Below, in pieces: positions 24,096-33,858 of a DNA stretch of 64,000 nucleotides. Each line of letters opens with the position of its first letter. Within the stretch, counting starts at the first letter, position 1. Source of the DNA: a virus (Duplodnaviria > Heunggongvirae > Uroviricota > Caudoviricetes); IMG/VR virus record IMGVR_UViG_3300015615_000629, positions 304,711 through 368,710 of that record. One strand, given 5' to 3'. Both the position numbers and the translations under genes were made by a program. A model generated the notes under the pieces. The model had not been told where the DNA came from and did no database searches. It saw only the letters and a program-made list of their open reading frames with translations.

Positions 24096-24549
24096 TGAAT
24101 AATCTCCATCGAATTTTCTACTTCAAAAACATTTAATAATTCATCTACATTCGGCCTAACATTTTTACCCGAATGGTAAGAATATCCACCCGAAATCTTC
24201 TCGACGCTTCCCAAAAGCATCATTCTTATCTTCAGACCGCCAGGAGTTTTTGCAACAAATGATATCGGTCTCCCAAAATCTAAAGGATCATAGTCAAACT
24301 CAACTATTTTTAACCGCGTTCCAGTTTTTAAAATTCGGTTTTTCGGTTTTTTATCATAATTATACTTACAAGCAAATGTTCCGGAAATATACGTTACACT
24401 ACTTGTTCTCCCGAAAAACACTACGTCAATTCTTGTGATTAATTCGGTTCCCACATCCAATAAAAATCCAGCATCTTGCTTGCCATCTTCTGCAAGAGCC
24501 CCAGATGATATGAAAATTATCCATAACAAAAATACGGTTTTAAAATGTT

Positions 24550-24696
24550 TCATACTGGTTGCTTGCCTTTTATGTAAATATTTCCAATTAACCACTCGAT
24601 AAATCCTAAAAGGCCCTGTCGTTCATGCTCCGAATCTTCAATATCGGTTTGTAAGCCATCCTTAAGACGCTCGATTAATTCAATTTTATTGGACAT
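24550..24696 (-). CDS. 48-aa small protein, copy B
   Basis: MSNKIELIERLKDGLQ...GLLGFIEWLIGNIYIKGKQPV; near-identical 31-nt DNA repeat at 24061-24091 and 24662-24692. Confidence 0.6.
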   Translation of the reverse strand: MSNKIELIERLKDGLQTDIEDSEHERQGLLGFIEWLIGNIYIKGKQPV

Positions 24697-24714
24697 TATG
24701 CTTGAAAAACTCAG

Positions 24715-25603
24715 TTAAGTGATCATGGCACCTTCTTCTAATGGGCGACTTTCCAATATCCACCCACTTTCAAGCCCTCCTGAACCCTCAACCGTAATAG
24801 CAGCCGTTGTTCCAGAACTTATATTATCAAATTCTTTTCCATATGCGGAAATAGATTTTATTTTGAAATTAACCTGCCTTATTTTCTCGATTTGAACAAA
24901 ACCAGCAGGACCATAAAGAACCGCTTTGTTAAATTCATCTCCTACTCGAATCTCACAATCCCCATTACGACCAACAATCACATTACCTTTTGCCTCTACA
25001 ATATAGAATTCTTTTATAGGTCTCGCAGTAAATAAACATACAATTCTGTTAAATACAGATAATTCATTTGGATAAATTTCTTCAAAACTTTCGTCGTATG
25101 CCGGTTCTGAACAAGGAGGGCTTATAATAGAGAGTCCAAACTCGGTTACTTGAGTCGGTTTGTTGGTGTCGGCCGGCTTCTTGAATGAAACTACTAGTCG
25201 AATACCATTTACACCGGCCGTTTTACCGAAAGGATTGAATATGTCCAAAAACCAAGCCCCATTAGGATTTTTTGGGCGGTCTAGAACGAAGCCACATTTA
25301 GGAAACCGGTTTTTAAGCCTGTCCTGCAGATGTTCAATAGGTGTCATATGCTATCCCTAGTAAAGATACCACTCGGTCGTAAACAGCATCTTCAGATAAA
25401 AAAGCCTCGTCACACCCCTCGCCATACAAGCCGCCACGGGATACGCCAAACCCTTTAGACTCCTGCCAGCAAACAATAATTTGCCGTCCAACGACAACAT
25501 CCATAAACCAAATTCCAGATTCTAGTTTTGGACGATCAAGATAGATGTCGCCTTCCGGAAAGCGACTTTCAAGCCGATTCTTAAGAGATTCAATGGGTGT
25601 CAT
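24715..25603 (-). CDS. Two tandem genes (25334..25603 and 24715..25347) sharing an N-terminal domain
   Basis: MTPIE.L..RL..RFP....LDRPK...G.WF.D in both. Confidence 0.65.
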
Positions 25604-25609
25604 TAACCC

Positions 25610-25638
25610 AATATAGCACAGATGTCAGAACTAGTAAA
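25610..25638 (-). promoter_or_regulatory. Sigma70-like promoter, leaderless
   Basis: TTTACT-N17-TATATT with TGC extension, 6 nt before the ATG at 25603. Confidence 0.55.
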
Positions 25639-25984
25639 CTAGTTGTTGTAGCCGCCAACCCTAGTTACAATGTACATGGCTGTACCTTCTGATTCGCCAA
25701 CAGCAATAAATCCAGCAAAATTCCCATCATCGTCCGGAATCATAGCAGCCACTTGTACTGCCCCTGTCCCGATACCAGTTAATATCACAACGTAATTAGA
25801 AGGTGGCCCAGGCAAAGGATTTCGAAAAGTTACCGTTCCAAGACCATCACTAGGAGGACTACCTAGCGAGTCATCTACCTCCATTCTGCCCGCCACTAAA
25901 ATTAATGGAATGCTGTTCAATTCATTAATGGATAATTTTCTTGACGCTCCAGTACCCGTTCCTGTTACCGATGTTCCTGCCATA

Positions 25985-26749
25985 TTACTCCAAATTTATG
26001 TTAAAACTGTTTTCTACCAACTTAGTTCGCCTATTGCGAAATTCTGGGGCTAAACATAATCTTTCGCCTAATTGATATTTATCATACATTTTTTTAAAAT
26101 AATTCAAATTATACATCTTTCCTGTTGGTGAATTTATCAACTTCTTCATTATGTCTCGACGAACATAACTCATGTGGTGTATTATAAACTCATCTTCATT
26201 GAAAATACGAAATTTATCGTATTTAGCAGGCGTCCTTGTCCTCTCCATAGGATAAGGAAATGCTTTATTTGGCTGATATAATACCCTAACAGGCTGTATG
26301 AGTGACACCACATGCTTCGTAGGAGGCGTTACATGCCATGTAGGTTCCTTAAAGTATGTGTAATTCATTACGATTGAACAATCGTAATCTTGCTCCAAAA
26401 AAGCATTTTTTGAAAAATATAACTGCTCAGGAGCATAGAACTCGTCCACATCTGCAGCAATATGATGCGTACAACCAGCCTTAACCGATTTTTCTACACC
26501 TAAATTACGTATAGCTAGCTCATTAACCTTTGAATCAACTTTAAGATCGGGTTTGAAAAGGATTAATTTATCAATTAATCCTTCTTGAACTAACGGCTCT
26601 AAGATTAGTTCAGGCTGAGCCGTATTACCAAAATAAGAAACATTTTGGTAGAAAACCGAGACGAAATCTAGTTGGTCTCGAATAGGACGTAAAACAAATT
26701 CAAGTAGTTCTTCGCCCTCAAATACTGGATAAGATATACCTAGCTTCAT
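25985..26749 (-). CDS. GT-A fold (GT2-like) glycosyltransferase
   Basis: ISYPVFEGEELL, RN.G, ADVDEFY (DxD motif), HHMSYVR. Confidence 0.7.
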   Translation of the reverse strand: MKLGISYPVFEGEELLEFVLRPIRDQLDFVSVFYQNVSYFGNTAQPELILEPLVQEGLIDKLILFKPDLKVDSKVNELAIRNLGVEKSVKAGCTHHIAADVDEFYAPEQLYFSKNAFLEQDYDCSIVMNYTYFKEPTWHVTPPTKHVVSLIQPVRVLYQPNKAFPYPMERTRTPAKYDKFRIFNEDEFIIHHMSYVRRDIMKKLINSPTGKMYNLNYFKKMYDKYQLGERLCLAPEFRNRRTKLVENSFNINLE

Positions 26750-26752
26750 AAA

Positions 26753-27286
26753 CTATTTTAGCATAGGCAGCAAAAATTTAGATCGATGATCGCATTGCAT
26801 TTTTCTTAAAGCTTTGTCAAATATCTGTTTGGCCCTTGTTTGAGTTACATTAAACATTTCGCCTAATTCAGCAAAAGTTTTTATCGTTCCATCTAATCCA
26901 AACCTGAATTTTAAAATTTCTTTCTCTCTTGCCTCTAGTGTTTCTAAAACTTTTCTAATTATTTCGGCGTTTTCTTTCTCAACCAATCTTGCATGTGGTA
27001 ATGGTAAAGAGTCGGCAATCTTGACCGACCTAAGAGGTCTTGCGAATGTTAGAAAATCCGTATTGCTTTCCGGAAACAACTCAACCATTGTCTTTCCGGT
27101 TAGTTCAAAAAGTGGTTTTTCTAGTTTCTGCCAAAATGGAAAATCCCGTTTCGGCCGAAACCGCATGTTGCACAGAGAACTAAGGGTAGTTTGACTAATC
27201 TTAAGATAATTAGCCAATGCGACTTGTCCACCCAACCGCTTGGCCGCCGCAAATAAAACAGGATGTTTTAACTCGGCACGTAGCAT
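26753..27286 (-). CDS. Cro-like HTH fused to sigma70 region 4
   Basis: GQVALANYLKISQTTLS, then LEAREKEILKFRFGL...TFAELGEMFNVTQTRAKQIFDKALRKM; no sigma region 2. Confidence 0.8.
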   Translation of the reverse strand: MLRAELKHPVLFAAAKRLGGQVALANYLKISQTTLSSLCNMRFRPKRDFPFWQKLEKPLFELTGKTMVELFPESNTDFLTFARPLRSVKIADSLPLPHARLVEKENAEIIRKVLETLEAREKEILKFRFGLDGTIKTFAELGEMFNVTQTRAKQIFDKALRKMQCDHRSKFLLPMLK

Positions 27287-27360
27287 GTAGCGTGAGAAAA
27301 AACGGGCTAGCGTCCAATGATGGGAGAAAGTCTATTGTAGCACATCTAGACCGTGTGACA

Positions 27361-27431
27361 AGCCCGCAGCCAGAATCGAACTGGCATCAGGAAGGTACGA
27401 ACTTCCCATTCTACCATTAAACTATACGGGC
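27361..27431 (-). tRNA. tRNA-Thr(CGU)
   Basis: Acceptor GCCCGTA/TGCGGGC, anticodon arm GGAAG-TTCGTAC-CTTCC, T loop TTCGATT. Confidence 0.92.
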
Positions 27432-28141
27432 AATTCTACTTCTTATTGTTTTCTTTCCAAACGTAATAACGCCCCGCAATCGCAGCACCAGCTAACGCAA
27501 GCCCAATAACTATAAAAATCAATCCACCAAATTTTCGAAAAAATGGGTTGTTGATTAATTCCTCTAATAAGGTTAATTTCCCCATCTCAATTCTCCTTCT
27601 TCGGAACCTGAATCACCAACACCCAACGATTTAAACGCTCTTCCGAAGTTTTGCCATTAGGATCGCCCTGTAACATCTCCACACAGCAACTTAAACCCCT
27701 GGCAATGTCCAATTGTGCCTGCGCCCGCCGAACCGCTGCCTTACATTTTCTTTCCAAATCCGGAGATAAAGGCTTGCCATCAAGTCCATTCACATCACCA
27801 GTTATCTCAATGTCACCAACAGATGGTAACTGCTTTAATAATTCATTTCTCTGAGATAACCACTCAGCCGCCCGATCTTCACATTCGCTGGTTCGCTCAC
27901 TCTGTTCTTTTATAAGTCTTTCGTAGACAACGACCTCTTTTTCCATCACCCCAACAGCAGCAACACTTTCTTCCGCTGTCTCTTTATACTCAACAGCATC
28001 CACATATTGCTTGATATTAAAAAGAATCGAAGCCGCCAAAACAATCCCAAGGAATGCTTTCATTTTTTAATCGCCCATCCAACTAAGAATAAACTAATGG
28101 CGTATACCAAAACAACAAATATAAGTAAAGCGTAAACCAAC

Positions 28142-29311
28142 TTAAACCATTTCATACTGCAATTGACGATCAACCATTCGCAGAACCTTCTTTGTAACGT
28201 CTACTGGCTGCTCTGTCAATCGTAATCCCGCCACCAATTCATCCGATATGCCACTATATTCACTACTTCTGGCTTCCTTAACAAATCTCATGTCCCTTAT
28301 CGGATAAATATTGTTCAACCTAGTCGAGGTCAATATGCCATTTGTAAACATGTTCATATGTTCATTAGTTACAACATTATAAAATGTGGTTTTTTCATGC
28401 ACAATTTTCTTGTTTACTATCTTTACTTTGCCATTTCTTGTATATGTTGTAGTTCCAATAGGTGAACTCATCATATTAGTAAACATACCCTTTTCAATAT
28501 TGAAAATACTATGACCCTTGCCATCGTCAATAGTTCCCAACGACGAACCGTCACTAAATTTAACCAAAGCATAAGAAAGTCTAGTAAATGGCTTCATAAT
28601 CCAAATTGGTTTGGCTTTATCAAGTCTGGCAGTGTCAAAGTTCCAAACAAGTAAGGTATCTGAATAATCTACATTTTCAATATTCTTATAGCCATTTGGT
28701 AACGAAACCCTAGTGCCAGCCATTAAGCACAACCACGGATTTGGATCGGATTGAATTGCATTTCCATAAACCGTTCCATCTGCATTTATGGCATAGGCGG
28801 CAACCCATACAGGATTTGCCCCATCGGTTAAAGTAATGCCGTCTAAAGTAAAGGGAAGAGTAAGGGAGTCTTCATAGGAACCAGTAAACGGCGTAAACGC
28901 CATTGTCGATACATGATCACTTGTTGTCGGACTGTCCGTATTGGCAGCATAAACAAAACCATATTCTATTACGCTATCACCGCCATTGCCAATGGTTGCG
29001 GTCATATGTATATTAAGATTTTCGACTTCTAAAGAGTCTGTAGTGATTTCAAGTGTTGCAGCCGTTGCAGGAGCCGTATATAACTCCCATTCTGGAGCCT
29101 GCCCCGCTTCCACCAGACGCTTTAAATTGACAGCTTCCTGGTCGTAAAGAGTGACAATATCTCCATGCTTTCGAACGATAGATGGAGAACCACCCAATAA
29201 ACCTATTGAGGTAAAGGTAGATTTAGCCTGAGCAGCAATCTCGGCTTCCGCTGGAGATAAAAGATGACCTTCTGTGTCCTTGAGATTAATCCTAAATGTT
29301 AGTGAATACAT
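28142..29311 (-). CDS. Probable virion protein with beta-rich domain and C-terminal Hint domain
   Basis: CLMAGTRV...KNIENV...FYNVVTNEHMNMFTNGILTS; TATATA 5 nt upstream of the ATG. Confidence 0.7.
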   Translation of the reverse strand: MYSLTFRINLKDTEGHLLSPAEAEIAAQAKSTFTSIGLLGGSPSIVRKHGDIVTLYDQEAVNLKRLVEAGQAPEWELYTAPATAATLEITTDSLEVENLNIHMTATIGNGGDSVIEYGFVYAANTDSPTTSDHVSTMAFTPFTGSYEDSLTLPFTLDGITLTDGANPVWVAAYAINADGTVYGNAIQSDPNPWLCLMAGTRVSLPNGYKNIENVDYSDTLLVWNFDTARLDKAKPIWIMKPFTRLSYALVKFSDGSSLGTIDDGKGHSIFNIEKGMFTNMMSSPIGTTTYTRNGKVKIVNKKIVHEKTTFYNVVTNEHMNMFTNGILTSTRLNNIYPIRDMRFVKEARSSEYSGISDELVAGLRLTEQPVDVTKKVLRMVDRQLQYEMV

Positions 29312-29654
29312 TTAGATATATAGGTCAATCTTGACAATTTCCTAATTTACCAACAATTTTACCGCAATATGGGCATGGCCAACTTTCTACCATTTTAACC
29401 ATATCATCGTATGAAACACTAGTGCCCGACTTCCACTCCCTAGTATCGGTTTTCCCAATAACCCTTAAATGCCAAATTATAGTCTCATGCTTGGTAACAT
29501 TTGACGAAATAACCGCATCGTAGCCAAGATTTTTACATGTTTCTAACAGATTATATACAATATTCTTGTTTTCATCTGACAAAAGGATATCGCACGGAAA
29601 CTGCTTTTGCTTGGCAAGGTATTCGGGAAGTTTTTCTAAGAACGTCATAAAACG

Positions 29655-29683
29655 AGTATGACAAATTTGGGTGAAAAGATCAA
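29655..29683 (-). promoter_or_regulatory. Sigma70-like promoter, leaderless
   Basis: TTGATC-N17-CATACT, 6 nt before the ATG at 29648. Confidence 0.45.
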
Positions 29684-29847
29684 ATCCAATTGGAGTCGAT
29701 TACGTCATCTATGGATTTTGGTTTTCTATCTCTTTTTTCTTGAACATGTTCGCAAAATATGAACACAAAACCCATTAGACTAAAAAATACGCCAAGAAAT
29801 ACGATAGCTCCAACAACACAATCTAAAATTGACATTTGTTTGCCTTT

Positions 29848-30459
29848 TTATTCTATCACTTCCGCATCCCCTACACCAGGAATTTCCAAAATATCCGAAT
29901 ATTTTAAAATATCAGAAACCCTTAGTTTTCTAGCGTCAGAACGATATCTGGAATATTTAGAATATTTAATAAGGACAATAGGGGTCTTGCTAACAACTAT
30001 ATCAATGTAAAATGTTTGATTTTGTCCTATAGTAGATACCCTGAAAAGAGAACCAAATTCAGGTGAACTCAATAACCAAGGTGTCTTCATTATAGTAATC
30101 TCATTCGGTATCGCCTTTCTTACAACTAACTTAGTTCCTTTCTTGACCATTCTTCTATTGTTTTTTGCTTCCATCCAAATAGAAAAGTAATACATCTTAT
30201 CAGGGCTCAAAAAATATCCATGAACCATGTCTTCTTCAATAACGATATCATCAGGACATGTAATTACCATTCCAGATTTAATTGCATCTATCGCAAAAGC
30301 ATCCTCGTTATCGAATACAACATGCTTTTCAGTTGGTTCTTTCGCTGGTTCGACTTTGCTAATTAAGATGTTTTCTGTGAAAACAGGGGATTTTTCTGCG
30401 GTTTTGAACAAAACCAAGAATATACAGAAAATTCCAAGAAGGATTGCGGCGGCTTTCAT
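29848..30459 (-). CDS. Exported hypothetical protein (paralogue of 10522..11166)
   Basis: Signal anchor and shared motifs; TAAATA 5 nt upstream. Confidence 0.7.
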   Translation of the reverse strand: MKAAAILLGIFCIFLVLFKTAEKSPVFTENILISKVEPAKEPTEKHVVFDNEDAFAIDAIKSGMVITCPDDIVIEEDMVHGYFLSPDKMYYFSIWMEAKNNRRMVKKGTKLVVRKAIPNEITIMKTPWLLSSPEFGSLFRVSTIGQNQTFYIDIVVSKTPIVLIKYSKYSRYRSDARKLRVSDILKYSDILEIPGVGDAEVIE

Positions 30460-30780
30460 ATCTTTATTTACGGTCGAAAAGCATTATTATAATTAGGATT
30501 TTCTAAAGGATACCAGCGAATTTGACTGTCATTGTCCTTTTTAAGTTCGTCTAGACTTTTTTGCAATTCTAATATCTTTTTGTTTAGCTCTGCAATTTCC
30601 TTGTTAAGAGCCTCTTCTTTGCTTTTGTCGGGTTTGGGCTGGGTTTGTTGGATGCATGGCGGTTCAATCTTGTTGGGTTCTTCGGACTTATCTCGAAAAA
30701 AGAAAAGTGCTACAAAGAACACGACAGTTGCAAAAATAACCAAATACTCTTTCTTCATAGGAGTATTTAGGGTTATTAAG

Positions 30781-30864
30781 TTCGAGAGGCACGAATCGAA
30801 CGTGCGTAGGGTTTCCCCAGACTTGGTTCAAAGCCAAGCTGCCATACCAACATAGCACTCCGGA
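30781..30864 (-). tRNA. tRNA-Gln(UUG) with long variable arm
   Basis: U1-A72, anticodon arm CTTGG-CTTTGAA-CCAAG, V arm GGG-GAAA-CCC, T arm GCACG-TTCGATT-CGTGC; C3:C70 mismatch. Confidence 0.75.
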
Positions 30865-30868
30865 TCAA

Positions 30869-30942
30869 GGTGGCTGACGGGAATCGGACCCGCGTAAAAC
30901 CTCATTCACAGTGAGGCACCTGAACCAACACAGGACAGCCAC
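30869..30942 (-). tRNA. tRNA-His(GUG)
   Basis: Acceptor GTGGCTG/CAGCCAC-C73, anticodon arm CCTCA-CTGTGAA-TGAGG, T loop TCCGATT; G-1 not encoded. Confidence 0.85.
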
Positions 30943-30944
30943 AG

Positions 30945-31015
30945 CGATGACGACGGGAATCGGACCCGCGTTACAACTTAGACAGAGTTGCGTGTTACCA
31001 TTACACTACGTCACC
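30945..31015 (-). tRNA. tRNA-Asp(GUC)
   Basis: Acceptor GGTGACG/CGTCATC-G, anticodon arm CAACT-CTGTCTA-AGTTG (U37), T loop TCCGATT. Confidence 0.88.
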
Positions 31016-31203
31016 GTATTTCTTATTCCTTGTCACTGAAAACGTATTGACCGTTCTCTTCTGTTAACATAAACTTCTTTTTATCAAATCTTTCTTCCGG
31101 CAAATCTCCCATTACTCCCGAATGACCATGCACTACATATTCGTCTTCTGTTTCGGATAATGTTCTTAGATTTGAAAATACATGTGCCATATCTGATCCT
31201 CGT

Positions 31204-31968
31204 TTATTGATATACTTGTTTTAGATTTACGCTATAGCAATCTTCTGAATCCGAGTATTTCCAAGTTACATTTCCTTCCAAATCTTTTTTGACTATGGCG
31301 TATCTATCTCCTATTAATCCAGACAGCATTTCATTCGAAATTTGGGAAAGCAATAATCTTTGAAAGTGATCCTTTATGGCCCTTTCTGCATTTATAACAT
31401 CGCGATACATGAATTGATCATCAATTACGTCAAATAAATCACAAATTTTAGAAAGTGTTTGCTTAACAATATCCATATTAAAAGTACCAAAAGAAAGAAG
31501 TTTATTATCTATTTGGTCCTTAAATTCCCTTATACTCATACTTCCGTTTACTTTACAAAACATCTCTTGTATTTCATCTATAATTTTTTTGCACTTCTCA
31601 ACTTCTATATCGCTTAAATTAGATATTTCTACTAACTTCTTAAAGGTATCGCAATTAGTACCTGCAATTCTTACTACAAGGCGAACAAGTTCCCGCAGGC
31701 TCATTTGATACCATTCTATTGTAACAACAGTTCGAGGAACATCTGGACATTTTGTATGCATGTCCTTAAATGCTTCAATGTTTTTACATTTGTAAATGGC
31801 ATCACAAAAGGTATTTCTTATTCTTCCCAAAAGAAAGTCCCTAATGTCTTGTTTTGTATAATGCCGATGCGACCCAACCATAGTGAAATTTAGAGTACCA
31901 TTATCTGTCAAATTCCGCACGGTTCCAGGTGTTACGCCAAGTATTTTTGCAACTTCTTTAGTCTTCAT
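31204..31968 (-). CDS. Excisionase/MerR-type HTH protein
   Basis: MKTKEVAKILGVTPGTVRNLTDNGTL...VGSHRHY. Confidence 0.7.
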   Translation of the reverse strand: MKTKEVAKILGVTPGTVRNLTDNGTLNFTMVGSHRHYTKQDIRDFLLGRIRNTFCDAIYKCKNIEAFKDMHTKCPDVPRTVVTIEWYQMSLRELVRLVVRIAGTNCDTFKKLVEISNLSDIEVEKCKKIIDEIQEMFCKVNGSMSIREFKDQIDNKLLSFGTFNMDIVKQTLSKICDLFDVIDDQFMYRDVINAERAIKDHFQRLLLSQISNEMLSGLIGDRYAIVKKDLEGNVTWKYSDSEDCYSVNLKQVYQ

Positions 31969-32075
31969 ATCTTTATATAGTTAAATTTTATATGAAACAG
32001 CACAAAAAGAAGAATTTGTTTTGGTGCTTCCGTTCTTTTCTATCTGCAAGGCTTCTATATATTAGCAGCCCCACG

Positions 32076-32127
32076 ACCCGTGACAAGGACCGGTAGCCCA
32101 AACGGCAGCCTTGTCACGGGTTTTTTT
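32076..32127 (+). terminator. Intrinsic terminator or 3' end of a small RNA
   Basis: 13-bp perfect stem ACCCGTGACAAGG/CCTTGTCACGGGT followed by a T-run. Confidence 0.65.
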
Positions 32128-32129
32128 AG

Positions 32130-32201
32130 CTCCGGTGCCTGGGTACGATCCAGGAACAGTTGAGTAACAATCAACCGTGATACCAGTTTCACCACACCGG
32201 A
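32130..32201 (-). tRNA. tRNA-Asn(GUU)
   Basis: Acceptor TCCGGTG/CACCGGA-G, anticodon arm GTTGA-TTGTTAC-TCAAC, T loop ATCGTAC. Confidence 0.88.
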
Positions 32202-32266
32202 ATAGTTTTATTTAAACTTTTTCAACAGGAGTCGAAATTATTCGAGTCCAGTTACTATATAAGAGT

Positions 32267-32884
32267 ATGCCTTATGTAGCAACGTGTACTTGTTGTGGCA
32301 TAGAATTTACTAGGCCAACAAGATGTCATCCTAAACATCATCCAAAATGGAAAGGAAAACATTTTTGTAGTGTTAAGTGTCGCCACTTGTCCCAAGTTAC
32401 CTCTATCACTCAGCCATGCGGCTGGTGTAATAAATCGGTAACAAGAAACCTAGCAGAAGCAAAAGGTTCTGCTTCTGGCCTTTTATTTTGCAATAATTCT
32501 TGTTCAGCATCTTACAGCAATACCAAACGTAGAAAATCCAGACGTTCCAAATGTGAGGTAATGCTGTTTGATTTATTGAGCAAAGAATTTCCAAATGTTA
32601 CAATGTTGCCAAATGATAAAACCATGTTAGACGGGCTAGAAGTGGACATTGCAATTCCGGATATCCAACTCGCTATTGAATGGAACGGAATAGTTCATTT
32701 CAAACCAATTTATGGTCAGTCGAAACTTGATCGTATCCAAAATATAGACAAACAAAAACTTGAAATTGCTGAAAACAAGGATATAAATCTAATTGTAATT
32801 CCCGACCTAGTTTCCAAGGACGAATACGTAAAGGAAGCATTCCACAAAATAAGTTCAATCATACGTGAGTTGTTAAAAAACTAA
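32267..32884 (+). CDS. Cys-rich repeats plus Vsr/DUF559-like PD-(D/E)XK nuclease; probable free-standing homing endonuclease
   Basis: CxxC...FCSxxC repeats, then LEVDIAIPDIQLAIEWNGIVH...D..K. Confidence 0.7.
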   Translation: MPYVATCTCCGIEFTRPTRCHPKHHPKWKGKHFCSVKCRHLSQVTSITQPCGWCNKSVTRNLAEAKGSASGLLFCNNSCSASYSNTKRRKSRRSKCEVMLFDLLSKEFPNVTMLPNDKTMLDGLEVDIAIPDIQLAIEWNGIVHFKPIYGQSKLDRIQNIDKQKLEIAENKDINLIVIPDLVSKDEYVKEAFHKISSIIRELLKN

Positions 32885-32885
32885 G

Positions 32886-32959
32886 AGGGCAAGGCCGGAA
32901 TCGAACCGATGCGACATTTTTGTTAACAGCAAAATGCTCTACCACTGAGCTACTCGCCC
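32886..32959 (-). tRNA. Second tRNA with GUU anticodon (Asn), atypical
   Basis: Acceptor GGGCGAG/CTTGCCC with U73, anticodon arm TTTTG-CTGTTAA-CAAAA, weak T stem. Confidence 0.7.
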
Positions 32960-33486
32960 TTAAATTTTATCCATTCCTCGACAACATCCTTGTAAAGTTT
33001 CTTTCTCCCCTCTCTTTTATTTTTTACAAATTTAAGCAAGTCTTTGAAAAGAGATAAACTTTTCTCCCAATTTCCCTTTTTATACTCGATTGCTTCTAAA
33101 ATGAAGAAATTAATTGGTTTCGCATCGTAGTATTTCAGCCAGTCTGAGTCGTTCCCTGTAGACTTTTCTAAAAGCCATCTTACAGATTCTGCAAAATCTT
33201 CTCCTATATCACCTTCACAATTACCGCTGGCTCGACTAACCTCGTGTACGCCATGCCCCAGTTCATGAAAGATTGCATTAAATTCACAATCATTATAAAC
33301 AACTACATCCCCATACTTTTCATTTATACCTATCCATAACGCACTGCCTTCGGCAGTGTCCAATGTAAAATTTCTTATTTCTTTAAAAGGGATATCATTT
33401 ACTGTGAAAAAATTATAGGCATACCTTATTTTATTTTCAAAATGTGCCACCACTCTTACTTCGCTCATGGCAAGCGTTGCTCGCAT
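32950..33486 (-). CDS. HExxH zinc metallopeptidase-like protein
   Basis: IFHELGHGVHE...EDFAES. Confidence 0.55.
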   Translation of the reverse strand: MRATLAMSEVRVVAHFENKIRYAYNFFTVNDIPFKEIRNFTLDTAEGSALWIGINEKYGDVVVYNDCEFNAIFHELGHGVHEVSRASGNCEGDIGEDFAESVRWLLEKSTGNDSDWLKYYDAKPINFFILEAIEYKKGNWEKSLSLFKDLLKFVKNKREGRKKLYKDVVEEWIKFKGE

Positions 33487-33693
33487 CCCTTGTTTCCTCC
33501 AAAATATTCGTCTAAATATTCAATTTCTTTGGCCAGTGCTAGTGCCTTTGCTTCGGCCACTAATTTCTCCATTTCGGCAATTTCTTCGGGAGTATATCGC
33601 CTTTCTCGATCTTCTTTCAAATATTGATTAAAAGCATCGATATCCGCTTGCGTCGAAGTTGGACCTAAATGCATAATTTCATCCTTATTCAAG

Positions 33694-33764
33694 TGACCCC
33701 GGTGGTGCTTGCAACCACATCGTCCTGGTTAAGAGCCAAGAGCTTTTCGTTAAGCTACGGAGTC
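33694..33764 (-). tRNA. tRNA-Lys(CUU), atypical D and T loops
   Basis: Acceptor GACTCCG/CGGGGTC-A, anticodon arm CTTGG-CTCTTAA-CCAGG, T loop TGCAAGC, no GG in the D loop. Confidence 0.8.
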
Positions 33765-33768
33765 AAAG

Positions 33769-33842
33769 GGCCGACGACTGGGTTCGCACCAGCATAAACT
33801 TGTTTACAAAACAAGCGCCTTACTAAATCGAGCCACGTCGGC
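33769..33842 (-). tRNA. tRNA-Thr(UGU)
   Basis: Acceptor GCCGACG/CGTCGGC, anticodon arm CTTGT-TTTGTAA-ACAAG, T loop TGCGAAC. Confidence 0.85.
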
Positions 33843-33858
33843 AATTTTCTTATATTTT

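Noticed and set aside
28142-29311. Canonical intein
   Set aside because: No terminal His-Asn followed by Cys/Ser/Thr, and no interrupted conserved host protein.
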